DNA of 64,000 nt from a virus. The stretch lies in the IMG/VR virus record IMGVR_UViG_3300032325_000466, positions 127,028 to 191,027 of that record; one strand, written 5' to 3'. How positions within the stretch are numbered: position 1 is the first letter of the stretch; each line of letters begins with the position of its first letter. The position numbers and the translations under genes were made by a program. Positions 26,576 through 35,871 of this stretch are shown here, in pieces. A model generated the notes under the pieces. That model saw only the letters and a list, made by a program, of their open reading frames with translations, made no database searches and had not been told where the DNA came from.

Positions 26576-27251
26576 TACAGAATCGGGTTGTGAATTCTGT
26601 GGTAGAAAATTTAAAAGACCTTCTACTCTACTTTCTCATATATGTGAGTATAAGCACCGTTGGTTGGAAAGAGATAGGCCTGCAAATAGGATAGGCTTTC
26701 AATCTTGGTTACAATTCTATAGTAAAAACTCTGCATCTAAAAAGAATCGCACTTATGAAGAATTTATTCGTAGTCCATATTATACTGGATTTATAAAGTT
26801 TGGACTACATTGTGTAGAAATCAAAGCGTTAAATATAAGTAGATATGTAGATTGGTTACTAAAGAATCAAATTAAATTAGATACTTGGAATACTGATACT
26901 GTATATACTAAGTTTTTAATTGAATATCTACGCACAGAAGATCCTTTTGACGCTATTGCCAGAAGTGTAGAAACTACTATTGAATTGGCCGAAACAGAAA
27001 AAGTCAATCACAATGATTATATCAGATATGGCAATGTAAATAGGATTTGCTATAATATTACTACGGGTAATATTAGTCCATGGTTACTGTATCATAGTGA
27101 AAGTGGTGTTAAGTTTTTAGAAAACTTAGATCCTATTCAAGTAAAGATGATTATTGATTACATTAATCCTGAACTGTGGGCTATTAAATTTAAACGCGAA
27201 CCTGCAGTAGTTAAGCAAGTTAAAGAGTTATTGGTTCAGGCTAAGTATTGA
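26562..27251 (+). CDS. C2H2-like zinc-finger protein
   Basis: CEFCGRKFKRPSTLLSHICEYKH. Confidence 0.65.
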   Translation: MATDNTESGCEFCGRKFKRPSTLLSHICEYKHRWLERDRPANRIGFQSWLQFYSKNSASKKNRTYEEFIRSPYYTGFIKFGLHCVEIKALNISRYVDWLLKNQIKLDTWNTDTVYTKFLIEYLRTEDPFDAIARSVETTIELAETEKVNHNDYIRYGNVNRICYNITTGNISPWLLYHSESGVKFLENLDPIQVKMIIDYINPELWAIKFKREPAVVKQVKELLVQAKY

Positions 27252-27252
27252 T

Positions 27253-27453
27253 ATGAGATTTGTTCCCTTCCACTGGCATGTTAGAGTATACGGTCTTGTG
27301 ATATGTGATCCAGCTTGGTGGGTAGACAATGAAGAAGAAATACATGCTTGGATGGATGAACATATAGCAGGTGGATCTACTTGCCAACTAGGTATGACGA
27401 TTCAATTTAAGAGTGACCAAGATCAACTATTGTTTCTTTTAAGATGGGAATAA
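27253..27453 (+). CDS. Small protein, C-terminal FLLRW family
   Basis: Ends DQLLFLLRWE. Confidence 0.7.
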   Translation: MRFVPFHWHVRVYGLVICDPAWWVDNEEEIHAWMDEHIAGGSTCQLGMTIQFKSDQDQLLFLLRWE

Positions 27454-27455
27454 AA

Positions 27456-27719
27456 ATGATGAATTATGACTACTTATGTTTACATGTAGGTCGAAAGTTT
27501 GGACGTATTTTTTCTGATATAAAAAACGCATATTTTTTAGACACTGGAGTGAATGAGTCTACATTTAAGCTTCAAGCTTTTAATTCTTATATTGAAGAAC
27601 ACTATGGTGTTAGGCTCTTCAATGATATAACTATTCCTGCACGGGGAAGAAATATTGCTGTTGATGATATCATTATATTAGATGAGAAGAAATACCTGAT
27701 GTTTTTATTACGGAAATAA
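27456..27719 (+). CDS. Small protein, FLL(K/R) family
   Basis: Ends DEKKYLMFLLRK. Confidence 0.7.
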   Translation: MMNYDYLCLHVGRKFGRIFSDIKNAYFLDTGVNESTFKLQAFNSYIEEHYGVRLFNDITIPARGRNIAVDDIIILDEKKYLMFLLRK

Positions 27720-27720
27720 T

Positions 27721-27927
27721 GTGGATCATAATCTTATTTTGTCTGCTCTTAAATTAATAAGAAAAGAATATCTTACCGATCCCCGTTACGCAGATAAACA
27801 ATTTGACACATATCGTTTTGTAGAGTATGTACGAGATAAATATGGCATTGCAATGAAAGTAGGAAGAAGAGGTTATCGAATAGTAGATGAAACAAAATAT
27901 ACATACTTTTTACTTAAATTCACATGA
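27721..27927 (+). CDS. Small protein, FLL(K/R) family
   Basis: GTG start; ends DETKYTYFLLKFT. Confidence 0.65.
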   Translation: MDHNLILSALKLIRKEYLTDPRYADKQFDTYRFVEYVRDKYGIAMKVGRRGYRIVDETKYTYFLLKFT

Positions 27928-28268
27928 ACAGCCGATACCCCATATCAAAAAAAATATATAAAGGTAAAAGACCCAAATGGATAATCTCATGGGCTGAAAG
28001 AGATAATCCAAAAGGTCTTAGTAGGCAACCTATTATAGGATTGGTGTGTAAAAATTATATGGGTGAATTTGGTGTACAAATTAGAATGTTTAACGGTGAT
28101 TATAATTTATTATGGATCAATGAATTAGCCACAGATTTCAATAGATATACTCAATGGGTAGAAGATACCTACGATATGACCGCTATGATATTTGACAATG
28201 AAGAATCAGCACAAAAAGCACAAGCTGTTTTAGAACAATTGCTAATGGTTAAGATACTTACAGCATGA
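27924..28268 (+). CDS. Hypothetical protein
   Basis: Coupled by ATGA overlaps. Confidence 0.65.
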   Translation: MNSRYPISKKIYKGKRPKWIISWAERDNPKGLSRQPIIGLVCKNYMGEFGVQIRMFNGDYNLLWINELATDFNRYTQWVEDTYDMTAMIFDNEESAQKAQAVLEQLLMVKILTA

Positions 28269-28513
28269 ACAAAATTACTTTTGACCAAGAACATTATCAT
28301 TCTATCCCGAGTATGGAAGCATGGTGTACGGAACAATTTGGTCCAGGTACTTGGATATTTATTACTCCCCAACGTTCTTTAGGATGGATCAGTGAAGCTA
28401 TATGGCAAGGGTTAGACGCTTATGCGTGGGCTATAGACCATTCTTTTGGAAGTACAACCTTTATCTTTAAAAAAGACGAACACTATGAGTGGTTCGCACT
28501 AAGATGGGGTTAG
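28265..28513 (+). CDS. Small protein, F.LRW family
   Basis: Ends DEHYEWFALRWG. Confidence 0.7.
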   Translation: MNKITFDQEHYHSIPSMEAWCTEQFGPGTWIFITPQRSLGWISEAIWQGLDAYAWAIDHSFGSTTFIFKKDEHYEWFALRWG

Positions 28514-28515
28514 CG

Positions 28516-28785
28516 ATGGATTGGGGTAAAAGCAAATTAAACATAGAAGAAACAAAGTACGCTGCATATATTGACAAGCGCAGAAAGTATTGGGAATCTC
28601 TAAGAAAGATACGAGAAGAGTATTCTAAGACTATTGGGAACAATCTGTTCAATGCCAATGATTTTGAAATGCATGTAGAAGAAACATATGGTATAAGATT
28701 GGTATATTATGAGGGTAACATAGCTGGAACTTATGAAATACTTGATGAACAAAAACACCTTATCTATTTGTTGAAATTCACATAA
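28516..28785 (+). CDS. Small protein, LLKF family
   Basis: Ends DEQKHLIYLLKFT; start reassigned to 28516. Confidence 0.65.
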   Translation: MDWGKSKLNIEETKYAAYIDKRRKYWESLRKIREEYSKTIGNNLFNANDFEMHVEETYGIRLVYYEGNIAGTYEILDEQKHLIYLLKFT

Positions 28786-28796
28786 GCCCAAATCTA

Positions 28797-28825
28797 TTGA
28801 TAAAAATAAAAACCCATGCTATACT
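28797..28825 (+). promoter_or_regulatory. Sigma70-type promoter
   Basis: TTGATA-17 bp-TATACT. Confidence 0.65.
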
Positions 28826-28856
28826 GCAAGATAATATTTCTAGGAACTTGGATATA

Positions 28857-29354
28857 ATGATTATTTATTTGGATATGGATGATGTAGTAGCTGATTGGAC
28901 TGGTGCCGCAAGCACTTACTTAGGTATTGACTTAACTAAAGAAAATGAGCGATTACCCGAATCACAGTGGGATATCTTAAAACAATTTGGTAGATTTTAT
29001 CGCAACTTGCCTCTTAAAGAAGGTGCTGACGAATTGGTCACTTGGTGTGCACAGTATTGTATTAAAACTGGGGCAGGCCTAAGGTTCTTAACAGCACTAC
29101 CAAGTCAAAACGATATGCCTTGGGCAGTACAAGATAAAGTATGGTGGGCAGCAGATCATTTCCCTAACATACCAGTATTCATTGGTCCTTATAGTGGTGA
29201 CAAATGGAAACACTGCCAGATAGGTGATGTATTGATTGATGATAGAGAGAGTAATTGTAGTGATTGGGCTAAAGCAGGTGGCTTGGCTCATGTATATAGA
29301 AATTGGGAACAATGCCAACATTGGCTAAAAAACACATTACCAGGAGCAGAATAA
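28857..29354 (+). CDS. HAD-family 5'(3')-deoxyribonucleotidase-like protein
   Basis: IYLDMDDVVAD, FLTALP, K..W, LIDDR; start downstream of the promoter. Confidence 0.85.
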   Translation: MIIYLDMDDVVADWTGAASTYLGIDLTKENERLPESQWDILKQFGRFYRNLPLKEGADELVTWCAQYCIKTGAGLRFLTALPSQNDMPWAVQDKVWWAADHFPNIPVFIGPYSGDKWKHCQIGDVLIDDRESNCSDWAKAGGLAHVYRNWEQCQHWLKNTLPGAE

Positions 29355-29905
29355 TGGCAGCAGACCATATTATGGTGGATATTGAAAGTTTAGATACAAG
29401 CCCCACTTGTGTAATTCTTACGATCGGTGCAGTACTATTTGATCCCAAAGGCATGGGTATCACTGATAAGTTAGAACTTAGACCCGTGATAGATGAGCAA
29501 ACTGAAAAGTTTAATCGCACTATCAGTGACTCTACTATTAAATGGTGGAGTACGCAAAGTCCTGAGGCTATAGAAGAAGCTATGGGAGATCAAGGCCGTG
29601 AAAGTTTGAGAACCTGTATGGAGAGATTGCATAAATTTTGTTGGAATCGTAAAGCAATATGGTCACATGGTGCTCCGTTTGATGTAGTAGCTATGGAAAC
29701 AGCGTACCGACAACTTGAAATGAATATCCCATGGCAGTATTGGACAGTTAGAGATACACGCACACTGTTCGACATTACAGGAGTTAGCTTGAAAGATGGC
29801 GGGCATGTGACAACACACAAAGCGGTAGAAGATGCGGAACGTCAGGTTATCGTAGTGCAAAATGCTTATCGTAAGTTAATTAAAGCAGGTGTAGTTGCTC
29901 CATGA
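29354..29905 (+). CDS. DEDDh 3'-5' exonuclease (DnaQ-like fold)
   Basis: IMVDIESL, SHGAPFDV, RDTRT, HKAVEDA. Confidence 0.88.
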   Translation: MAADHIMVDIESLDTSPTCVILTIGAVLFDPKGMGITDKLELRPVIDEQTEKFNRTISDSTIKWWSTQSPEAIEEAMGDQGRESLRTCMERLHKFCWNRKAIWSHGAPFDVVAMETAYRQLEMNIPWQYWTVRDTRTLFDITGVSLKDGGHVTTHKAVEDAERQVIVVQNAYRKLIKAGVVAP

Positions 29906-30489
29906 AATTAAAAGGCGATATTGATATTGACTTTGGATCAAGAGATGACCTATTAAAATTAATCACTCATACACCAGCAGCTATGCGTAAGGTTAATCCT
30001 ATTCGCAAACATGCTACTGGAGTATATGTTACCGATATCCCATATGATCCCATTAACGATATGGCTGCAATAGATTATGCAGATGCAGAAGACAGAGGTT
30101 ATTTTAAATTAGACTTGCTTAATGTGTATGTATATTCACAAGTTAAAAATGAACAGCACTTGATATCACTGATGAGAGAACCTAATTGGAATCTTCTATT
30201 AGATAGAAAATTTGTCGGGCAACTGGTTCATTTGAATAATCATTATCAGTCTATCAAAAGAATGCCAGAACCTATCAATAGTATTCCCAGATTAGCTATG
30301 TTTTTAGCATTGATTCGACCATCTAAAAAACATTTAATTGGTGAGTCTTGGCAAGAAGTAGCTAAGACTGTATGGGATAAAGAAGATGATGGCTATAGCT
30401 TCAAAAAAAGTCACAGCGTATCCTATAGCCAACTAGTAGTAGTACATATGAATTTATTGGAAGAACAAAATGTACCAATTAGTACCTGA
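29902..30489 (+). CDS. Miniature DnaE (C-family polymerase)-like protein
   Basis: GDIDIDF, KHATGVYV, FKLDLL, GYSFKKSHSVSY in DnaE order within 195 aa. Confidence 0.75.
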   Translation: MKLKGDIDIDFGSRDDLLKLITHTPAAMRKVNPIRKHATGVYVTDIPYDPINDMAAIDYADAEDRGYFKLDLLNVYVYSQVKNEQHLISLMREPNWNLLLDRKFVGQLVHLNNHYQSIKRMPEPINSIPRLAMFLALIRPSKKHLIGESWQEVAKTVWDKEDDGYSFKKSHSVSYSQLVVVHMNLLEEQNVPIST

Positions 30490-30946
30490 AACAGACCCTA
30501 TTCTTAAAAAGAAAGCTGAACCTTGGCTACCCGAAGACTCTTCGCTCAATGAATTGATCTCCGCTATGACTACCATAATGTTTCAAAATAATGGTATAGG
30601 TCTTGCTGCACCGCAAATAGGTGTTAGTAAAGCTGTTTTAATCATGGGTAATCCTGACAAAGTATATGCTTGTATAAATCCTGAAATCATATCAGGTGAG
30701 GGCGAAGTAAAAGACATTGAGGGATGTTTAAGCTTTCCCAAGCTTTGGCTTCATGTAAAGCGATACACCAAGATTAAAGTTAGGTATTGGGGAATAACAG
30801 GTGAGTTAATTGAGTGCGAGTTCGAAGGCTTATTGGCCCGAGTGTTTCAGCACGAATACGATCATTTACAGGGTCAATGTTTTACTGAAAAAGTAGGTAA
30901 GCTAAGTTTAGATTTAGCTAAAAAACGCAGGTTAAAATCAAGATAA
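30470..30946 (+). CDS. def: Peptide deformylase
   Basis: GIGLAAPQIG, EGCLSFP, QHEYDHLQG. Confidence 0.97.
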   Translation: MYQLVPETDPILKKKAEPWLPEDSSLNELISAMTTIMFQNNGIGLAAPQIGVSKAVLIMGNPDKVYACINPEIISGEGEVKDIEGCLSFPKLWLHVKRYTKIKVRYWGITGELIECEFEGLLARVFQHEYDHLQGQCFTEKVGKLSLDLAKKRRLKSR

Positions 30947-31318
30947 TCGTTTTACTAAGGTAATACTTCTACGCTTGATTCGTTTTTTGTTTAGCTCACT
31001 AATACTACAAGCTGGACCATGCAATATGGTTAAGCTTTTATTAGTAAATGTTCTTAGATATGGTTTGAAAATTATCCAATCTTCTTTTAAAAACAAATTG
31101 ATTGGGATTAATCTATTGCTTTCCCACCACCATATCTCACCTAATTCTAAGAATTTTTCTTTGATCGCAGCATCTACAATAGCACCATAATCATATATAG
31201 TGGTAACAATATCATCACGATTTTGAACTATGCCTACAAAGTCTTGATTAGCATAATGGCAAATGGTAATAAATGGATGTGTTTCGCTTAACTTCTTAAA
31301 AAAATCAGGTTGCGTCAT
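30938..31318 (-). CDS. Hypothetical late protein on the opposite strand
   Basis: Natural-looking 126-aa ORF with minus-strand GATAAATA about 25 bp upstream. Confidence 0.75.
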   Translation of the reverse strand: MTQPDFFKKLSETHPFITICHYANQDFVGIVQNRDDIVTTIYDYGAIVDAAIKEKFLELGEIWWWESNRLIPINLFLKEDWIIFKPYLRTFTNKSLTILHGPACSISELNKKRIKRRSITLVKRLS

Positions 31319-31430
31319 CGTTTTAATTTCATCTTATGCGATATTTATCACCGAATATTTAACCAAATTATTTTGATATTATGGTTAACGGTATCATTTT
31401 TATTGATAAATAAAATATAGGAGTTTTTTT

Positions 31431-32231
31431 GTGTACTCAACCCAAGTATTTCTTTATACTCAGCGCAACATTGTTGTGCTTTTATCCGGATTTTCAGCGA
31501 GATCATATATGCCTCAATACGCCAAACCATTGACCCTGCACAAAGGCGTCGATAACCAAATACAATTTCAATTTTTAAATCAGGAACAAAAACCGGTTAA
31601 CATCACAGGTAAAGTCATTACTTGTAGAATTATCAACTATGAAGGTAGTATGTTGTTAATATCTAAGTCTTTGACTTTGGATTCTTCAGTAGATTTCCCC
31701 GCCAATGGAATTGCTTCTTTATATCTGTCTATTGCTGATTTGGCTGATATTGAAGTGCAAAAATGCTATTACTCACTTGAATTTTCGACCGCGAATGCTG
31801 CTTTACCAGTCTTTGTAGATCAAAATGCAGGTGCTCGCGGTGAAATGAATATTGTAAATTCGGTGCTACCTTCCTTTATTCCTTCTATGCAAATTACTAT
31901 TCCAACAGGACAAGCTTTTCCCAATACATCATACTTAGATCAGTATGGAAACTATTATGGTAACGCAAACAATATCATTTATTACACCAGCGTTATTAAT
32001 ACTGATGGGATACCTGTAGTATCACTACAAGCTTCATATGAACAGTTTAATGGTAATGTAGTAATAGAAGGGTCTACGATTGTTGATGGTGATTGGTATC
32101 CAGCAAGCCCAGTTTATTCTTATGCTAATGTAACAGATACAGTTGGGTATACGGTTAGAGGATATCATCCCTATATTAGAATGCAGTTTGCAAGCAATGC
32201 AGGAGTAGTAACAAATATTTGGTCACGCTAA
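31431..32231 (+). CDS. Probable virion structural protein
   Basis: GTG start after AGGAG; beta-rich; TAAATA upstream. Confidence 0.6.
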   Translation: MYSTQVFLYTQRNIVVLLSGFSARSYMPQYAKPLTLHKGVDNQIQFQFLNQEQKPVNITGKVITCRIINYEGSMLLISKSLTLDSSVDFPANGIASLYLSIADLADIEVQKCYYSLEFSTANAALPVFVDQNAGARGEMNIVNSVLPSFIPSMQITIPTGQAFPNTSYLDQYGNYYGNANNIIYYTSVINTDGIPVVSLQASYEQFNGNVVIEGSTIVDGDWYPASPVYSYANVTDTVGYTVRGYHPYIRMQFASNAGVVTNIWSR

Positions 32232-32277
32232 TACCAAACTTGTTGCGAGTGTAGCTAAAATATGCTATACTACATGA

Positions 32278-33252
32278 ATGTTTGACATATTGTCTATTAT
32301 TCCCGGTAAGAAAAAGATGTCAGGTAGTGGCTGGCACAGCTTTAATGCTGTGTGTTGCCATCACCGAGGGCATCGAGCAGACCGCAGGCAGCGAGGTGGA
32401 ATCAAGTTTGATGGTCAAACTAATTGGACAATGCATTGTTTTAATTGCAAATATAGTTGCAGTTTTATATTGGGCAGAAGTATACATTATAAAACAAGAC
32501 AATTATTGATATGGTCTGGTGTAGATGAACAGCAAATACAGCGTTGGAACTTAGAAAGCTTACAACAAAAGGACTTGCTTGATTTTACTATAACCAAACG
32601 CTCAAGAAACAAGATAAAGTTTACTGATCACAAATTACCAGACGGTGAACTTATTGATCCAAAGAATCCCAAACACACACACTTTGTTAAGTATTTGAGT
32701 TCACGAGGACTGCAGCCAAGTGATTATCCATTCTTAGTGACTCCTAATTTGCCTGGTAGATACAGTAACAGAATTATCATACCCTACACTTATAAAGATA
32801 AGATAGTTGGACATACCAGTAGATTTTTAGATTCAAATCTTCCCAAATATATCAACGAACAACAACCTGGATATGTTTTTGGTATAGATTTTCAACGTCC
32901 TGATTATAGTGTATGTATTTTGGTTGAGGGTATATTTGATGCACTTAGTTTAAATGCTTGTGCCCTAATGCATAATGATATCAATGAGGGTCAAGTAGCA
33001 CTATTAGCTAATTTGAATAGACAAATTATTTTCGTACCAGACAGAGATAAGACTGGTCTTGCATTGTGTGATAAAGTATTAGATTTGGGCTATAGTGTAA
33101 GTATGCCCAATTGGAGTGAAGATATAAAAGATGTAAATGATGCAGTAGTTAAGTATGGTAGACTACCTACACTACTAAGTATATTAGAAAGCGCGACGAT
33201 GAGTAAGATAAAAATTGAAATGAGGAGAAAAAAGATTGCTAAAGGATTATAA
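32278..33252 (+). CDS. DNA primase (Zn-finger plus TOPRIM; gp61/DnaG-like)
   Basis: CC...HCFNC Zn module, RIIIPY, VEGIFDAL, PDRD, KDVND. Confidence 0.92.
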   Translation: MFDILSIIPGKKKMSGSGWHSFNAVCCHHRGHRADRRQRGGIKFDGQTNWTMHCFNCKYSCSFILGRSIHYKTRQLLIWSGVDEQQIQRWNLESLQQKDLLDFTITKRSRNKIKFTDHKLPDGELIDPKNPKHTHFVKYLSSRGLQPSDYPFLVTPNLPGRYSNRIIIPYTYKDKIVGHTSRFLDSNLPKYINEQQPGYVFGIDFQRPDYSVCILVEGIFDALSLNACALMHNDINEGQVALLANLNRQIIFVPDRDKTGLALCDKVLDLGYSVSMPNWSEDIKDVNDAVVKYGRLPTLLSILESATMSKIKIEMRRKKIAKGL

Positions 33253-34660
33253 TTTTGAGGTACAAAAGCTATTTTTGCGTATGATGGTAACAAATGCCGA
33301 GTTATTTACTCGCGTAGCCAACATTGTAAACGGTGATAATTTTGATAAAACACTTAAACCTGTTGTAGAATTTTTGATAGAACATACTAACAAGTATAGC
33401 GTAATGCCAGACCCAGCACAGATACAAGTTACAACTGGGGTAGAAATTGAATTAGTACCAGAGCTAACTGAAGGACATTATGAATGGTTCTTTGATGAAT
33501 TTGAAGCGTTTACTCGCCGGCAAGAATTAGAAAGAGCAATTCTAAAAAGTGCAGACTTATTGGAAAAAGGTGAATACGATCCAGTAGAGAAATTAATTAA
33601 AGATGCAGTGCAAATAAGTTTACAGAAAGACATGGGCACAGATTACTTTGCTGATCCTAAGGGTCGTATCAATAAGTATTTTAATAGTGGCGGGCAAGTA
33701 TCAACTGGTTGGCCACAAATGGATAAAATCTTATATGGTGGGTTTAGTCGAGGTGAATTGAATATCTTTGCAGGTGGTTCAGGTTCAGGTAAGTCATTGG
33801 TTATGATGAACATTGCACTGAGTTGGCTACACATGGGCTTAAGTGGAGTTTATATCACACTAGAATTGAGTGAAGAACTAACCTCATTAAGAACAGATGC
33901 TATGTTAACTCAAATGGGAACAAAAGCGATTCGCAAAGACATTGATACAACCGAGTTGCGAGTTAAAATGGCTGGTAAAAAATATGGTAAGTATCGTGTT
34001 AAGGGCTTGCCAGCGCAAAGCAATGTAAATGATATTAGGGCTTATTTAAAAGAAGTTCAAATACAAACTGGAATTAAAATTGATTTTGTTATGGTCGATT
34101 ACTTAGATTTAGTTATGCCAGTAAGTGTTAAAGTTAATCCAAATGATCAGTTTATTAAAGACAAGTATGTAGCGGAAGAATTGCGTAACTTATCAAAAGA
34201 GTTGGGAATTCTTATGGTTACTGCCAGTCAGTTGAATCGTAGCGCAGTTGATGAGATTGAATTTGATCATAGTCACATTGCAGGTGGTATTAGTAAGATT
34301 AACACAGCAGATAATGTGTTTGGTATTTTCACAAGTCGTAGTATGCGTGAGAGGGGAATATATCAGCTTCAATGTATGAAAAGTCGTAGTTCAACTGGGG
34401 TAGGAATGAAGATTGATTTAGAGTATGATATTGAAACTATGAGAATTAGTGACCCTGATCCAGACAGTGATAATACATATTATAATACTAATAAGCCCCC
34501 TCAAGATAGTCCCAACGATATTATGTCTAGACTTAAGACTACTTCATCGGTTATAGATCAATCGACAGGTGAAATTTTAGAACCTATTGTTAAAAAAGTC
34601 ATAGTAAATGCAGAAGGTGCCAAACTTAACTCAATGTTAAAACATTTAAAGAACAATTAA
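33236..34660 (+). CDS. Replicative helicase (DnaB/gp41-like)
   Basis: AGGSGSGKS, ITLELSEE, VDYLDL, TASQLNR, KSRSS. Confidence 0.95.
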   Translation: MLKDYNFEVQKLFLRMMVTNAELFTRVANIVNGDNFDKTLKPVVEFLIEHTNKYSVMPDPAQIQVTTGVEIELVPELTEGHYEWFFDEFEAFTRRQELERAILKSADLLEKGEYDPVEKLIKDAVQISLQKDMGTDYFADPKGRINKYFNSGGQVSTGWPQMDKILYGGFSRGELNIFAGGSGSGKSLVMMNIALSWLHMGLSGVYITLELSEELTSLRTDAMLTQMGTKAIRKDIDTTELRVKMAGKKYGKYRVKGLPAQSNVNDIRAYLKEVQIQTGIKIDFVMVDYLDLVMPVSVKVNPNDQFIKDKYVAEELRNLSKELGILMVTASQLNRSAVDEIEFDHSHIAGGISKINTADNVFGIFTSRSMRERGIYQLQCMKSRSSTGVGMKIDLEYDIETMRISDPDPDSDNTYYNTNKPPQDSPNDIMSRLKTTSSVIDQSTGEILEPIVKKVIVNAEGAKLNSMLKHLKNN

Positions 34661-34696
34661 TCCAAAATGAATAAATACTAATAGGAACCTCACTAT

Positions 34697-34936
34697 ATGC
34701 AAAAACAAACTCGCAGCCTATTAGAAGAACTAGAAGCTATCGGCAACAATCGTGATACTACTCACTTGATTGAAAGTCGTGGGCATAATATCATTACCAG
34801 TGCGATTAATCTCATAGAAATGATTAATCGTCATTATTCCCCTGAACAAGCGGCTATTCTAGAGAGAAAATTGTTAGGTGCTATAAAAAGTAGAGACCAA
34901 ACTAAGTTTTCGAAATCTCTAAAGAAAAAGCCATGA
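34697..34936 (+). CDS. Small late hypothetical protein
   Basis: TAAATA upstream; AGGA RBS. Confidence 0.75.
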   Translation: MQKQTRSLLEELEAIGNNRDTTHLIESRGHNIITSAINLIEMINRHYSPEQAAILERKLLGAIKSRDQTKFSKSLKKKP

Positions 34937-35871
34937 AAATAAACGAATTCAACGATAAAAAAAGAATAGATGAGCTAGACCTAGGTAACTTAATGAATAA
35001 ATTGAGGGGTCGTCCCACAATGACTTCGGCCGATAAGAGGGCCAAAGATATCTTTATAAAAGGCTTCTTAAGTAAAGTAGTAGGTGGTTTGGATAGCGCA
35101 ATAAAAAGCACCTTAGTATCAACTACTGCAACAGCACCTGCAACAGCACCTGCAACAGCCTCGCCCGCTCCCGGTGCAAATGCATTTGGTCAAATGACTA
35201 CCCAATTACAACCCAAAGCGGCGCCAAAAACATCAAGTACCGGCGGAACTACACAACAAACTCCTACCGGGCAAACTCATACTGCCAAAGCAGCACCAAT
35301 AAAACCTGTACCCTCACCCGGTGCGAATGCATTTGGTCAAATGACCACCCAATTACAACCCAAAAATAAGGCGCCTCTACCTATAAAATCAAGCACTGGT
35401 GGAAACATACAAAAAACTAGAACCGGATTAAAGCATACCTTTGAGGACGATCAATATAGTAAATTAAATGCAATTTTTGAAGGAATAATTAGTTTAGATG
35501 AAGTCTCTACTCAACAAAGCATTAGTCAATATGTAATGAATTTTACTAATAAATATTTAGGCGATAACCCAAATTTTAAACCATACCAAGCCAATATTCA
35601 GCAATTAGCACAAAGAGTAGAAAAAGAGTACTCTAGAGATCGAGGAAATAAGGCTCTTACTGATTTGGCAAATTTAGTTTATTCTATGGCACAGACTGTG
35701 CCTCGTGATTCTACTAGTTCTAACACTACAAGCACTGTAACAAATCAACCGCAAGCGCAAACTCCTCAAGCATTACAAGCTAATCAAACACTTAAAAATT
35801 TATTGGCTAATGCCACTGTACAACAAAAAGCACAAATTATACAATTTTTAAACAAAGCAAACAATCCATGA
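34933..35871 (+). CDS. Probable internal virion protein with 49-aa duplication
   Basis: MKINEF...IDE start; SPAPGANAFGQMTTQLQPK twice. Confidence 0.65.
   Translation: MKINEFNDKKRIDELDLGNLMNKLRGRPTMTSADKRAKDIFIKGFLSKVVGGLDSAIKSTLVSTTATAPATAPATASPAPGANAFGQMTTQLQPKAAPKTSSTGGTTQQTPTGQTHTAKAAPIKPVPSPGANAFGQMTTQLQPKNKAPLPIKSSTGGNIQKTRTGLKHTFEDDQYSKLNAIFEGIISLDEVSTQQSISQYVMNFTNKYLGDNPNFKPYQANIQQLAQRVEKEYSRDRGNKALTDLANLVYSMAQTVPRDSTSSNTTSTVTNQPQAQTPQALQANQTLKNLLANATVQQKAQIIQFLNKANNP
35170..35364 (+). repeat. In-frame direct repeat, period 147 bp
   Basis: CCCGGTGC(A/G)AATGCATTTGGTCAAATGAC(T/C)ACCCAATTACAACCCAAA at 35170 and 35317. Confidence 0.9.

Noticed and set aside
29354-30946. Frameshift or readthrough joining the exonuclease, mini-DnaE and downstream ORF into one polymerase
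   Set aside because: The junction is an ordinary ATGA overlap, and the downstream gene is an intact peptide deformylase, so no further DnaE sequence is adjacent.
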